The notes under the pieces: generated by a model | Seen by the model: the letters and a program-made list of their open reading frames with translations, nothing else | Database searches by the model: none | Told to the model about the DNA's origin: nothing | Shown here: positions 20,942 to 30,651 of the stretch, piece after piece | Position numbering within the stretch: the stretch's first letter is position 1 | How the letters are laid out: each line of letters begins with the position of its first letter | Program-made: the position numbers and the translations under genes | Assembly: GCA_963663225.1 (NCBI GenBank) | Contig: OY760142.1 | Location: 448,001 to 512,000, forward strand | Length of the DNA: 64,000 nucleotides | Source of the DNA: Nitrospirota bacterium | GTDB taxonomy: Bacteria > Nitrospirota > UBA9217 | Reading direction: 5' to 3'

Positions 20942-20973
20942 GTATACTGTATACAATATTGTATACAGTATAC
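20942..20973. promoter_or_regulatory. Perfect 32-bp palindrome of GTATAC units, putative GntR operator
   Basis: GTATACTGTATACAAT-ATTGTATACAGTATAC, just downstream of a minus-strand TTGACA at 21000-21005. Confidence 0.75.
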
Positions 20974-21521
20974 GCATACAATACACTTTTATTCTTATTT
21001 GTCAAGTCTCTTAGTCTAGAGAAAGTTGTCAATATGTGCACGTTAAATTATTTAATTAAATCAATCGATTATTAAAAAAACGGGGCTTGCCAGGAAGGAT
21101 TAAAATTAACTAACTACGCCGAACATATTTCATCAGGTTGAGGATTGGAAGAAATTTTTAGGTTTTTTTGTTGCGTCTGGGTGCTTCTGTATCTCTATAT
21201 TCCTTAATAGCTCCTTTCAGTAAATCGTATTAATAAACAAGGTGGTCTTTAAAGCGAAAGCTCTGCTATGAGTTCCAGCATAAAGCTACCGTTAACATTT
21301 CACCAAGTCTGTACCAATATACAAATTAGTAAATTACAAGCAGTATGAGTTGTTCCACTATGGATTCAGTGCACTCTTTCACTTAACAAGTAACCGAAAA
21401 TACTATCTATGAAGTACTCTGATAATATTTTCGATGCCATAATTTATTGAGAAAATTGATTATCATTGTAATGTAAAATCTATTCTGCTAAAATAAAAGA
21501 ACTTATAACGGAGGACAAAGC

Positions 21522-22169
21522 TTGGGGAAAATATTAAATAATGGGCAATTTGCTTATAAATATATTAGGGATGCAATTTGCCGGTGGGATTTAAAACCAG
21601 GTTCTCCTATCACAGAAAAATGGATCCGAGAAAATCTTGATATGAGCCGTACCCCAGTGCGTGAAGCATTGATCCGCCTTGAATCCGATGGCTTGATCAC
21701 GGTTACTAACAATCGTGCAACAGTAACTACCGTTTCTTTCGAAGACATTAATGATATTTTCCGTCTGCGTCTTCTTCTTGAGCCTTATGCAGCCAGTGCC
21801 TGTATCAAACGGATTGCTAAAGAAAAACTCATCGAAATTCGTAAGGCAACCGTTGAATTGCTTCCTCAGAAAAGCCAAACATTTGATGAAAATATCCATG
21901 ACCTTCATCGCTTTATTATTGATTCAACGGGAAACAAAAGATTAATCGCCTTCATGAAGACGCTTGATTACCAGATCATGCGGCTCTTACACGTTTCGGC
22001 ATATATACCAAATAGAGTAACGCATTCTTTAGAAGAGCATCTTCCAATTATTGACGCTATTTTAGCAGATGATCCAGCAATGGCAGAAAAGCAAATGAAA
22101 ATCCATATTGAGTCTAATATGAAAGATGCATTAGAGTCCGCAAATTTTCTTTTTTTATTTAAAACATAA
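21522..22169 (+). CDS. GntR-family (FCD) regulator, paralog of 8290-8934
   Basis: Shares DLKPGSP, NLDMSRTPVREALIRLES, LRLLLEPYAA, ENIHDLH and SLEEHL with the other copy. Confidence 0.92.
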   Translation: MGKILNNGQFAYKYIRDAICRWDLKPGSPITEKWIRENLDMSRTPVREALIRLESDGLITVTNNRATVTTVSFEDINDIFRLRLLLEPYAASACIKRIAKEKLIEIRKATVELLPQKSQTFDENIHDLHRFIIDSTGNKRLIAFMKTLDYQIMRLLHVSAYIPNRVTHSLEEHLPIIDAILADDPAMAEKQMKIHIESNMKDALESANFLFLFKT

Positions 22170-22222
22170 CCGTAGTGTGTAACTCTAAAACCGAAAATTT
22201 GTATTTTTGACCGGATCAGTTT

Positions 22223-22435
22223 TCAAGGGTTCTTCAACTGCCTGTTGTTCAAAACAGAATGTGGTCTCAATTGTGGTGCCTCATCTGAACGTTTTTCCAT
22301 TACCAACTGGTTTTTTGCACATACGACCATTTTTTTGCTTTGCAATTTTACTTCATCCTCAATCAGCTTAATCCTTTTTTCAATTGACTCTAGTTCACTC
22401 TCAAGCTGTTTAATTCTCTTATTGACAATACTCAT
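22223..22435 (-). CDS. Small hypothetical coiled-coil protein
   Basis: RBS GAGAGG upstream; heptad-like charged sequence. Confidence 0.4.
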   Translation of the reverse strand: MSIVNKRIKQLESELESIEKRIKLIEDEVKLQSKKMVVCAKNQLVMEKRSDEAPQLRPHSVLNNRQLKNP

Positions 22436-22566
22436 TAGACTTATCCTCTCACAAAAATCGCAATTTATTGCTCAAATTATCCCAACCAAATTACTTCCCG
22501 TCTGACCGATAAAAGACAGTTTCTGTTTCTGTCATCGCTGTTTTGAGTTCATATGCAACGGTGGTG

Positions 22567-23448
22567 TCATCGGACAACGGCAAATCCGAACCTAACATTA
22601 ATGTCCTGTTTCTGATTATATGTTAAGAGAGTTTCACCGTAGCCATAAAAAGACTGGATGTATAAATATCCTCCCGTTCGGGCGAAAATCTTCTTTCTGA
22701 TCGGATATGAAAAATCTAATTGAATAGTATTTTTATTGTCTATCCCATACCTCCACATGGCAGCGATAAACCAACTGTCCTCGCGTCCATACCGTACAAT
22801 TAGGTCGGCATAACCTCGATACTTTTCTATGTCTGCGTTTTCACTATCCCGGCTGATGTAGACGTACAGCTTGGTGCCGACAGCCAAATCTCTGCCTCCA
22901 GCCTGAATGATCCATGCAGGAAAGATGAAAAGAGTGTTGATACCTCGGGATTTATCCCCGCCCTGTCCATTCGATTCGTGTTCATAGCCTATACGAAGAA
23001 AATTAGGCATATTTTTCACTTTTATATTTATATTCTGAAATTCCCAGAAGAAGCTGGGGCGGTAACTCGTGTCTTCAAAGGCAGTGGAATTTGAGCTCAA
23101 ATTCCACATTGATGTCTGTGTGTACGCAAAATGTAAGTTTTCTAACCAAGGAAGTTTATCTACAACGATTCCGTCCTTTTCAAAAAGCCTGTATTTAAAG
23201 CTGACCTGGAATCGCGCTTTCGTATCTCCACCATGTCTTCCAACGACAAAGTACATCGGTTCATTTATATAAAGTGCCGGTTCATCTCCGTTATTTCGAG
23301 AACTCCATTCTCCAATCGCACTGCTATGGCTAATATATTCTTTCCCAACACTCTCAGTGTCAGCTGCCGTTACGACGATAGGAATGCTCCATAAAATTAA
23401 AACTAGCGTGATAAAAATAAATCGTGCCTTTAATAGTATTAAAAACAT
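22567..23448 (-). CDS. pldA: Outer membrane phospholipase A1
   Basis: FQVSFK, AYTQ.S.W, HESNG catalytic motif, GYGETL. Confidence 0.88.
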   Translation of the reverse strand: MFLILLKARFIFITLVLILWSIPIVVTAADTESVGKEYISHSSAIGEWSSRNNGDEPALYINEPMYFVVGRHGGDTKARFQVSFKYRLFEKDGIVVDKLPWLENLHFAYTQTSMWNLSSNSTAFEDTSYRPSFFWEFQNINIKVKNMPNFLRIGYEHESNGQGGDKSRGINTLFIFPAWIIQAGGRDLAVGTKLYVYISRDSENADIEKYRGYADLIVRYGREDSWFIAAMWRYGIDNKNTIQLDFSYPIRKKIFARTGGYLYIQSFYGYGETLLTYNQKQDINVRFGFAVVR

Positions 23449-23518
23449 AAGGAAATTCGCCGTTTATCATTTTTGTTATAAAAAATGAAAGCAATGCAGA
23501 AAAGCGCTCGTTGTTTAT

Positions 23519-26035
23519 TCATAGGTCCGTGCTAGGTTTAACTTTCCATATTTTTTCTGCATACTCCCGGATTGATCTGTCCGAGGAAAAGAAGCCAGAA
23601 CGTGCGGTATTAAGAATCGATCTGCGCGTCCATTCATCCTGATTCAGAAAAAGTTTGCTTATTTTTTCCTGACAGGCAATGTAATCGTCAAAATCGGCCA
23701 GGACAAAGAAAGAATCTCTTTCAAGCAAATCGTCTAATAAAGGACGGAAAAGGTTTTTATCATCAGGTGAAAAATCCCCTCTTGCTAGAGACTCCAGGAC
23801 CAAATTCAATTCTGGACAGGAATTTATACTATCCCGCGGTTGATATCCCTGTTTTTTGATCTTTTCAACCTCCGTAACTTTTAATCCGAAACAGAAAAAA
23901 TTTTCAACTCCAACCTCACTCTGGATTTCGATATTAGCTCCGTCCATCGTTCCGATGGTAAGTGCACCATTGAGCATAAACTTCATATTGCCGGTCCCAG
24001 AAGCCTCCTTGCCGGCCGTGGATATTTGTTCAGAAAGATCAGCAGCCGGATAGATCCGCTGTCCTACCGTGATGTTAAAATCAGGTATAAATGCTACCTT
24101 GAGTTTTTCATTTACATCTGGATCATTGTTGATCTTAAATGCCACTTCGTTGATGAGTTTGATGATCAATTTTGCCATACTGTAGCCAGGAGCGGCCTTG
24201 CCTGCAAAAATAAAGGTGCGCGGGGCAATATCGTAGGCCGGATTCTGCTTGATTCTTAAATAAAGCGCGATTATATGAAGCACATTCAGATGCTGACGCT
24301 TATACTCGTGAATCCGTTTGGCCTGTACGTCAAAGAGAGTTGCGGAATCCGCTATCAAGCCGCAGTGCTTCCGAACATAGCCTGCAAATTCAACTTTTGC
24401 CTTATTCTTGACTTCACGCCACTTTTTTTTAAATTCACTGTCGCCAACTAACGGTTCAAGTTTCCGCAGTTCTTCACTATTGCGAATCCACCCTTTCCCT
24501 ATAACTTCAGTAATAAGTGCGCTTAATCTCGGGTTGCTGAGAAGTAGCCAGCGCCGTTGCGCAATGCCATTGGTAATGTTCACAATCTTTTCAGGCCATA
24601 AGGCATGAAAATCTTTGAGGACATTTTTTTTAAGCAGCGCCGTGTGCACTCTGGACACCCCATTCACAGCATAGCTTCCTACTGTTGCAAGGTGCGCCAT
24701 CCGGACAGAACGCTCGCCATTTTCTTCGATCAGAGACAAGCGCCGTACCCGCTCTTCATCATGCGGGAATCGTTGACGAACTTCACTTAAAAATCGCGCA
24801 TTAATCTCGTAAATAATCTCCAGATGGCGCGGAAGAAGGTCGGCAAAAAGAGCCACAGGCCAAATCTCTAATGCCTCAGGGAGGAGAGTGTGATTCGTGT
24901 ATGAAAATGTCTGCCGCGTAATGTCCCAGGCCTTTTCCCATTCCATGCCATTTTCATCAACTAAAAGACGCATTAGTTCTGCAATAGCAATAGACGGATG
25001 TGTGTCGTTAAGTTGCACAGCAAAATTAGTGTGAAATGTTTCCAACCCCCTGCCACGAAGCAATTGAATACGGATAAGGTCTTGGAGAGAGCATGATACA
25101 AAGAAAAACTGCTGCGCAAGGCGCAGTTTTTTCCCCAGATGACCGCCTTCATTAGGATAGAGTATTTTTGAAATCGTTTCGGACACGATTTTCTCGTGCA
25201 CGGCTCCCAGATAATCGCCTGTGTTAAAAGCCTGCACATCGAATGATTCGCACGCCTCTGCTTTCCAAAGCCTCATTGTGGACATTGCCAATGTTTTATA
25301 CCCAGGTATGAGCGTATTGTAAGGAACACCGCATATGATCCGTTCAGGAACCCATTGAACACGGTAGTGTCCTGACGCATCCGTGTAATTCCTCGTATAT
25401 CCGCCCAATTTAACTTCAACTGAACTACCAGGATGACAGATTTCCCACGGGTTGCCATTAGACAGCCATTTGTCGGTCTTTTCCACCTGCCAGCCATCTT
25501 TAATCTCCTGGTCGAAAATGCCGAATTCATAACGGATGCCGTAGCCGATGCAAGGAATGTTCAGATTTGCCATCGAGTCAAGAAAGCAGGCGGCCAATCG
25601 CCCTAATCCCCCGTTGCCCAACCCGGGTTCCTGTTCCTGGCCAAGCAGCACGTCCAGATCCTGCCCGCATTCTTTCATGGCTGATCTGGCTTGATCCATG
25701 ATCCCCAGGTTTACCAGGGCATTGCCTAGATGCGATCCCGGAAGATATTCGGCTGAAAGGTAACAGACTGCCCGGTTGTTTCTGCTCAGCTGGTCATCGG
25801 TGTTCTCCAGCCAGTTCTGCAGCATCCGGGCTCGCACGGCGAAGGCCAGCGCGAGGTAATGATCGTTGGAAGTGGCTGCCTGCGGCAGCGCTCCCTGAAG
25901 AAAATGAAGACATGCAAGATAGTCTTTTTTTAATGAGTTTGCCGTGTTGCCAGTAAAATGAAATTTCGATGTATTCTGTTTCAATGAGAGCTCCTTTCGC
26001 ATCAAGCAGGGTTCCGCGAGACAATCTCCGGTCAT
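23519..26035 (-). CDS. glgP: Glycogen/alpha-glucan phosphorylase
   Basis: LGNGGLGRLAACFLDS, QLNDTHP, KRIHEYKRQ and EASGTGNMKF motifs. Confidence 0.96.
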   Translation of the reverse strand: MTGDCLAEPCLMRKELSLKQNTSKFHFTGNTANSLKKDYLACLHFLQGALPQAATSNDHYLALAFAVRARMLQNWLENTDDQLSRNNRAVCYLSAEYLPGSHLGNALVNLGIMDQARSAMKECGQDLDVLLGQEQEPGLGNGGLGRLAACFLDSMANLNIPCIGYGIRYEFGIFDQEIKDGWQVEKTDKWLSNGNPWEICHPGSSVEVKLGGYTRNYTDASGHYRVQWVPERIICGVPYNTLIPGYKTLAMSTMRLWKAEACESFDVQAFNTGDYLGAVHEKIVSETISKILYPNEGGHLGKKLRLAQQFFFVSCSLQDLIRIQLLRGRGLETFHTNFAVQLNDTHPSIAIAELMRLLVDENGMEWEKAWDITRQTFSYTNHTLLPEALEIWPVALFADLLPRHLEIIYEINARFLSEVRQRFPHDEERVRRLSLIEENGERSVRMAHLATVGSYAVNGVSRVHTALLKKNVLKDFHALWPEKIVNITNGIAQRRWLLLSNPRLSALITEVIGKGWIRNSEELRKLEPLVGDSEFKKKWREVKNKAKVEFAGYVRKHCGLIADSATLFDVQAKRIHEYKRQHLNVLHIIALYLRIKQNPAYDIAPRTFIFAGKAAPGYSMAKLIIKLINEVAFKINNDPDVNEKLKVAFIPDFNITVGQRIYPAADLSEQISTAGKEASGTGNMKFMLNGALTIGTMDGANIEIQSEVGVENFFCFGLKVTEVEKIKKQGYQPRDSINSCPELNLVLESLARGDFSPDDKNLFRPLLDDLLERDSFFVLADFDDYIACQEKISKLFLNQDEWTRRSILNTARSGFFSSDRSIREYAEKIWKVKPSTDL

Positions 26036-26127
26036 GCGCTCTGCATTCTTACGGACTCATAACGGGAATCAACTCCCGTCTGAAAAATAGTGATAGGACA
26101 ATTCTTATTTCCTGCTGTGGTCAAATA

Positions 26128-26934
26128 TCATTTGTTGGCCACAATGTTTCTCCGGTACTGGACATACGCATTTTTCAACGCAGCGTATGGTTCGATCGAA
26201 GACTTGACCAATTCTTCGTATTCATGCGCGTCGAGCGAGGCCCGATTAAAGTAATCGTATAGGCCGATAGCTGCCGCGACCGCATCAGGTTGAACGAACC
26301 TCCAGGGCGTAAGGAATAATTCGATAATCGAGCCGACTGTCTCCCTTGCCGTAGAAGGCCCGGCAAAGGGCCAGACCAGATACAATCCTTCCCCGATACC
26401 ATACCTGCCCAAAGCCTGGGCAATGTCTTTTTCCTGTGGTTCGAGAGAAAACGAACTTTTTGCCACATCAAACAAACCGGCAACGCCGATCGTAGAATTT
26501 ATCGTGAAGCGCGCAAGCTCTATTCCCATGGATTTTACCTGCGCCTGCATCAGAGAGCTGACGAATCGTACAGGCATCTCAATGTTGTAAAAAAAGTTTT
26601 TCACCGATTTTCTGGCGACTTCCGGAACAGCCCAGTTATAACCCGTTGTCGCCGGCTTAATAAACCAGAAATAAAACTTGTCATTAACCGCAAACATCGT
26701 TTTATTCACGGGTTCAAGGGGATCGTAGATATCTTCTTCCGTGTCATCAAATCCGGGGATTGCTTCTTCTGAAGCCTGTTCGGATGCTGAAACCAGCGTT
26801 TCATCCGCGGGAGGCAATCCGGACGGCTGCTGCAAATCCGTTTCCAGGTGTTTCCCTGCAGAACAAGCTGAAAGCAGTATGATAAAAACGATGACCAGAT
26901 ATTGACTATAATTTGCACGTGGTGATATTTTCAA
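26128..26934 (-). CDS. mlaA: VacJ/MlaA lipoprotein
   Basis: Lipobox LSAC; DPLEP.N, RF.INSTIG, YLVWPF.GPS motifs. Confidence 0.88.
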   Translation of the reverse strand: MKISPRANYSQYLVIVFIILLSACSAGKHLETDLQQPSGLPPADETLVSASEQASEEAIPGFDDTEEDIYDPLEPVNKTMFAVNDKFYFWFIKPATTGYNWAVPEVARKSVKNFFYNIEMPVRFVSSLMQAQVKSMGIELARFTINSTIGVAGLFDVAKSSFSLEPQEKDIAQALGRYGIGEGLYLVWPFAGPSTARETVGSIIELFLTPWRFVQPDAVAAAIGLYDYFNRASLDAHEYEELVKSSIEPYAALKNAYVQYRRNIVANK

Positions 26935-26999
26935 TCTTGTCTGCCTGTTTGGTATAAAGTATTATTAAAAGGTGCATGGCTTCCCGGCTTCAAGGCTCT

Positions 27000-28148
27000 T
27001 TAGCCAAATGAACGGTCCTCTTTGATGCGTCCGTCCCTCAATATCCTGTACGGTATTCCCTTCCAGGTGATTTTATTGCCGACGAAGCTCCAAACCCAGA
27101 TTACAAAGCTCAGAACATCCTTTACCGGCAGTAAAACAAGCCATCTTCTCCATTTTCTAGAAGGGATGACCAGCCGGTGCAGCAACGCTGCAAGACAATA
27201 CCGTAAAAACTGTGCGGCAATGAGCAAAGACACCGCAAGCGGACTGAAACCGCTCACGGCCAGACAAAACAGAGAAAGAACGAAAAGATGCGTGATCCCA
27301 TAGCCGGCATAGCCATAGGGTCTGGACACGCGGCAGGTTCTGGACCACCGCAGCTGATGACTAAAATACTCGGCAAAGCTCATTGGACCGACAACATTTT
27401 CTATGACAACATTTGAAAGAACAATTTTGTATCCGCGCTGCCACAAACGGTTTCCAATCTGGTAATCATCAGCAAGGTAATCGGCAATCGATGCCATTCC
27501 GCCAATCTCTTCTATCGTTTTTTGGGAAACAAGCAAGGTGGCGCCCAATCCAAACGTAACGCCTTCGAGCTTACGGGCGATAAGCACCGAGGGAATGAAA
27601 TCGAGAGCTATGCTGAGCGACTCTAGTGCAGCTCCCACAGACGGGGGGTCTGATATCTTATAAAGACAAGTTACCAGTCCGGTGTTTTTCTCTGCTGCAT
27701 ATTCTGTGGTAATTTTTCTCAGATATTCACTGTCTGCACGCATGTCGCTGTCGCTGATAGCAAGCAGGTCATATTTGGCTGATTGAAGAAGTCCAATGAG
27801 ATTTGATACTTTCCTGTTGGCGCCGCGCTGCTCAGTACTCTTAACTTTTCGGATTTTGTTCCCGGCCGGAATTGATGAAATTTCCTTGGCGGCGTTTCTA
27901 TCATCGGCGTCATTTGTCACTCCGAGCAGTACCTCATATTCCGGGTAATCCTGATCGCAAAAAGTTCCAACGTTTTCTTTGAAGTCTTTTCCTATTCCTT
28001 TGATCGGTTTTATGACGGAAACCGGTTCATATATCAGGAGGTGTGCATGGTCTTTTTTTTTGCCGAAAAAATCCCACACGCAATACAACGCGATAACGCT
28101 GTAAGCAATCGACGCGGCTGTCAAAACGTAGATAAATATGCTTGTCAT
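27000..28148 (-). CDS. hpnI: Hopanoid glycosyltransferase
   Basis: KPIKG, QDYP, GANRKVSNL, SDSD, LADDY and HQLRW motifs; hpn context. Confidence 0.85.
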   Translation of the reverse strand: MTSIFIYVLTAASIAYSVIALYCVWDFFGKKKDHAHLLIYEPVSVIKPIKGIGKDFKENVGTFCDQDYPEYEVLLGVTNDADDRNAAKEISSIPAGNKIRKVKSTEQRGANRKVSNLIGLLQSAKYDLLAISDSDMRADSEYLRKITTEYAAEKNTGLVTCLYKISDPPSVGAALESLSIALDFIPSVLIARKLEGVTFGLGATLLVSQKTIEEIGGMASIADYLADDYQIGNRLWQRGYKIVLSNVVIENVVGPMSFAEYFSHQLRWSRTCRVSRPYGYAGYGITHLFVLSLFCLAVSGFSPLAVSLLIAAQFLRYCLAALLHRLVIPSRKWRRWLVLLPVKDVLSFVIWVWSFVGNKITWKGIPYRILRDGRIKEDRSFG

Positions 28149-28223
28149 GGCTCCAATTCTTAAAAGAGAAAATAATTATTTGTCCGGGATTCTTTGCAGC
28201 AAGGCCAGCTTCACGTGCAGCGA

Positions 28224-29249
28224 TTAGGCACTGTAAACGTCGCATTTCGGATGCGAGACAACATAGCCGTTGTTCTCGTACCACCGTATTGCTTTCTCTA
28301 TCGTTATTTCTAATGGCGTTTGCGGCATCTGCAGTTCTCTTACTGCTTTTCTGCTGTCAAAATACATGTACTTTTTAGCCATTTTTACGCTTGGAAGCGA
28401 TATTCTGGGCTGCTTGTGCGTAACCCACTTGGATATGGCTTCATTCACGTACGCTGCAATTACCACAGGCGCATAGGGGAGACGGATGTTTGGCGCTTTT
28501 TGTTTCGCACATCCGGCCAGACATTCAAAAAACTTCTTAAGCGTAATGTTTGCATTCCCCAAAATATACCGCTCACCAATTCTTCCATAATCGGCCGCCA
28601 TCAGATGTCCGACTGCAACGTCTTCTACATCAACAATGTTAATTCCTGTCTCTATGTACGCGGGTATCCTGCCATTCAGAAAATCCACAATAATTTGTCC
28701 GCTCGGCGTAGGTTTTCTATCGACAGCACCTAGCGTAGTGGTAGGATTTACAATGACAATGGGTAAACCTTTCTTGATGAACGCAAATACGGCTTCCTCT
28801 GCAAGGAACTTGGTTTTTTTATAAAGATTCACCATGTCATGAAGGTTCACCGTGTCATTTTCGTCGGCGGGTTTTGTCTTTGAGCCGCTGGAAAGGACGC
28901 CGGCGCTGCTCGTATAAATAACTTTTAGCAACCCTGCAGCATGAAGAGCGGACTTCATGACATTTATCGTTCCGGTTACATTAGTCGCATACATGGTTGA
29001 TGCGTCTGGAACCCAGTATCTGTAATCTGCGGCAATGTGGTATACATATCTGCAATTTTTCATCGCCCTGGCAACTGTTTCTGATTCCCTTACGTCTCCC
29101 GTAATTAGCTCACAAAAACTTTTTAACAACGTAATATCACTTTCAGGTCGCACCAACGCTCGGACCGAGTACCCTTTTTCGTGTAGCAGTTTTGCCACGT
29201 GATAACCTATAAAACCGGTTGCTCCAGTCACTAAAGCTCGCATAATCAC
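28224..29249 (-). CDS. hpnA: Hopanoid-associated sugar epimerase
   Basis: TGATGFIG, AADYR.W, YxxxK and KPTPSG motifs. Confidence 0.85.
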   Translation of the reverse strand: MIMRALVTGATGFIGYHVAKLLHEKGYSVRALVRPESDITLLKSFCELITGDVRESETVARAMKNCRYVYHIAADYRYWVPDASTMYATNVTGTINVMKSALHAAGLLKVIYTSSAGVLSSGSKTKPADENDTVNLHDMVNLYKKTKFLAEEAVFAFIKKGLPIVIVNPTTTLGAVDRKPTPSGQIIVDFLNGRIPAYIETGINIVDVEDVAVGHLMAADYGRIGERYILGNANITLKKFFECLAGCAKQKAPNIRLPYAPVVIAAYVNEAISKWVTHKQPRISLPSVKMAKKYMYFDSRKAVRELQMPQTPLEITIEKAIRWYENNGYVVSHPKCDVYSA

Positions 29250-29280
29250 ACCTCAGTAATTTAGATGTAGAACGACAAGT

Positions 29281-29733
29281 CTATTTATCAATTAATGCCC
29301 CGGAATCAGACGAACTTTGCGCCAAAAAATGCTTTTTTGCCGCGTGATCCGTTGTCCGTTTATTATCATCGAGAGAAACGAGGACAATTCCGATCACTAT
29401 GACAATGGTGCCGAGCCAGCGATACCAGGATATGTCTTCTTTCAGAAAATATTTGGCCAGGAAAACTGCAAACAGATACGATACGGCGGTAAGCGGCAGC
29501 ACGAAGCTCAAGTCAGCCCAGGAAAGCGCTGCGAGATACAGAAAGAAAAAGACCGCGAGAAAGACTACTCCCGCAAAAATATATGGATTTTTCACGACGG
29601 ATGAAACGAGCGTCAGCCAGTGCTCCGAGCTGGACAAGTTAATCGCGCCGTATGAGCGCATGCCGTAGCTTAACAATGTTTCGCCCACCGCAGCACATGC
29701 TGCAGCTATCATGACAACAAGGAAGGTTTTCAT
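29281..29733 (-). CDS. EamA/DMT small membrane transporter
   Basis: Four transmembrane segments; ALSWADLSFVLP, LKE.IS..RW.G. Confidence 0.8.
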   Translation of the reverse strand: MKTFLVVMIAAACAAVGETLLSYGMRSYGAINLSSSEHWLTLVSSVVKNPYIFAGVVFLAVFFFLYLAALSWADLSFVLPLTAVSYLFAVFLAKYFLKEDISWYRWLGTIVIVIGIVLVSLDDNKRTTDHAAKKHFLAQSSSDSGALIDK

Positions 29734-29799
29734 ATTTCCTCTTTCTAAACTGTAACTCGGTATGTTTAATCCGGCAGATTTGCCTCTAATTTTCTATAA

Positions 29800-30651
29800 T
29801 CAGTCCTTTTTCATATTTAACATTTCTTTTCTGTTTAATACGCATATGTCGAGAGATTCCAGCGCGGCCCTTACTGCGTTTGAGGTGAGAGCGCCCAGCT
29901 CTTTTTGCCCACGGTCTGTCGATATGTCAGGATGAAGAAAAATCTCTGCTCTCCGGGGAAGATATCTGATCATATTGAGCATATATTTTTCGTCAATATG
30001 TCCTGTCCTTGCAAGACCGTATGCGGAAGGCAGCATATCTAGTCCATATAGCTCGGCCGTTTCAATATTGAACTTCCGTACCGCTCTGAAAACGGCCCAT
30101 TCTAGAAACGGCATGACGCCGCGAGAAAGCCTGAGAGACCGGAGAAGAACCTGAATCGGTTCATGAGGGATCCTGATAGATCGTATGCCTCTTCTTGCTG
30201 CCTGACGGCAAATTATCGCGCATACTGCGGGATGCATGTGAAGGTGATGGTGGCTGTCCACATGGTCCGGTTGTATATTTGCATTTATCAGGCAATCGAA
30301 TTGCGCCTCAATTTCCGCTTCCAGCTGTTTGTGCAAACCCGTGTTTGTGTACCGTATCCACGCGCAAGAAGGGCTCTTGCAAAATAAGCCGGCTTCATCT
30401 ACCAAATCCGGGATCTCTGCGCGGGAAAGAATGCTTTTGCCGTCACAGAGCGTCACATGCAGTCCTACGGACAGATTCCTGTGCTGTTGCGCGATGCGGA
30501 CTGATTCTTTAAAAGCATTGCCCGACACCATCATGCTCGCGGCGCTCAGAATGCCCCATTCATGCGCAAGCGCAATTGCTTCGTTTACTGACGAAGATTT
30601 ACCAAAATCATCTGCCGTAATGACTGCGTATTTTTTGGCAACGTGCTGCAT
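29800..30651 (-). CDS. hpnK: ChbG/HpnK-family deacetylase
   Basis: TADDFG, GLH, HVDSHHHLH and EIFLHP motifs. Confidence 0.85.
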   Translation of the reverse strand: MQHVAKKYAVITADDFGKSSSVNEAIALAHEWGILSAASMMVSGNAFKESVRIAQQHRNLSVGLHVTLCDGKSILSRAEIPDLVDEAGLFCKSPSCAWIRYTNTGLHKQLEAEIEAQFDCLINANIQPDHVDSHHHLHMHPAVCAIICRQAARRGIRSIRIPHEPIQVLLRSLRLSRGVMPFLEWAVFRAVRKFNIETAELYGLDMLPSAYGLARTGHIDEKYMLNMIRYLPRRAEIFLHPDISTDRGQKELGALTSNAVRAALESLDICVLNRKEMLNMKKD

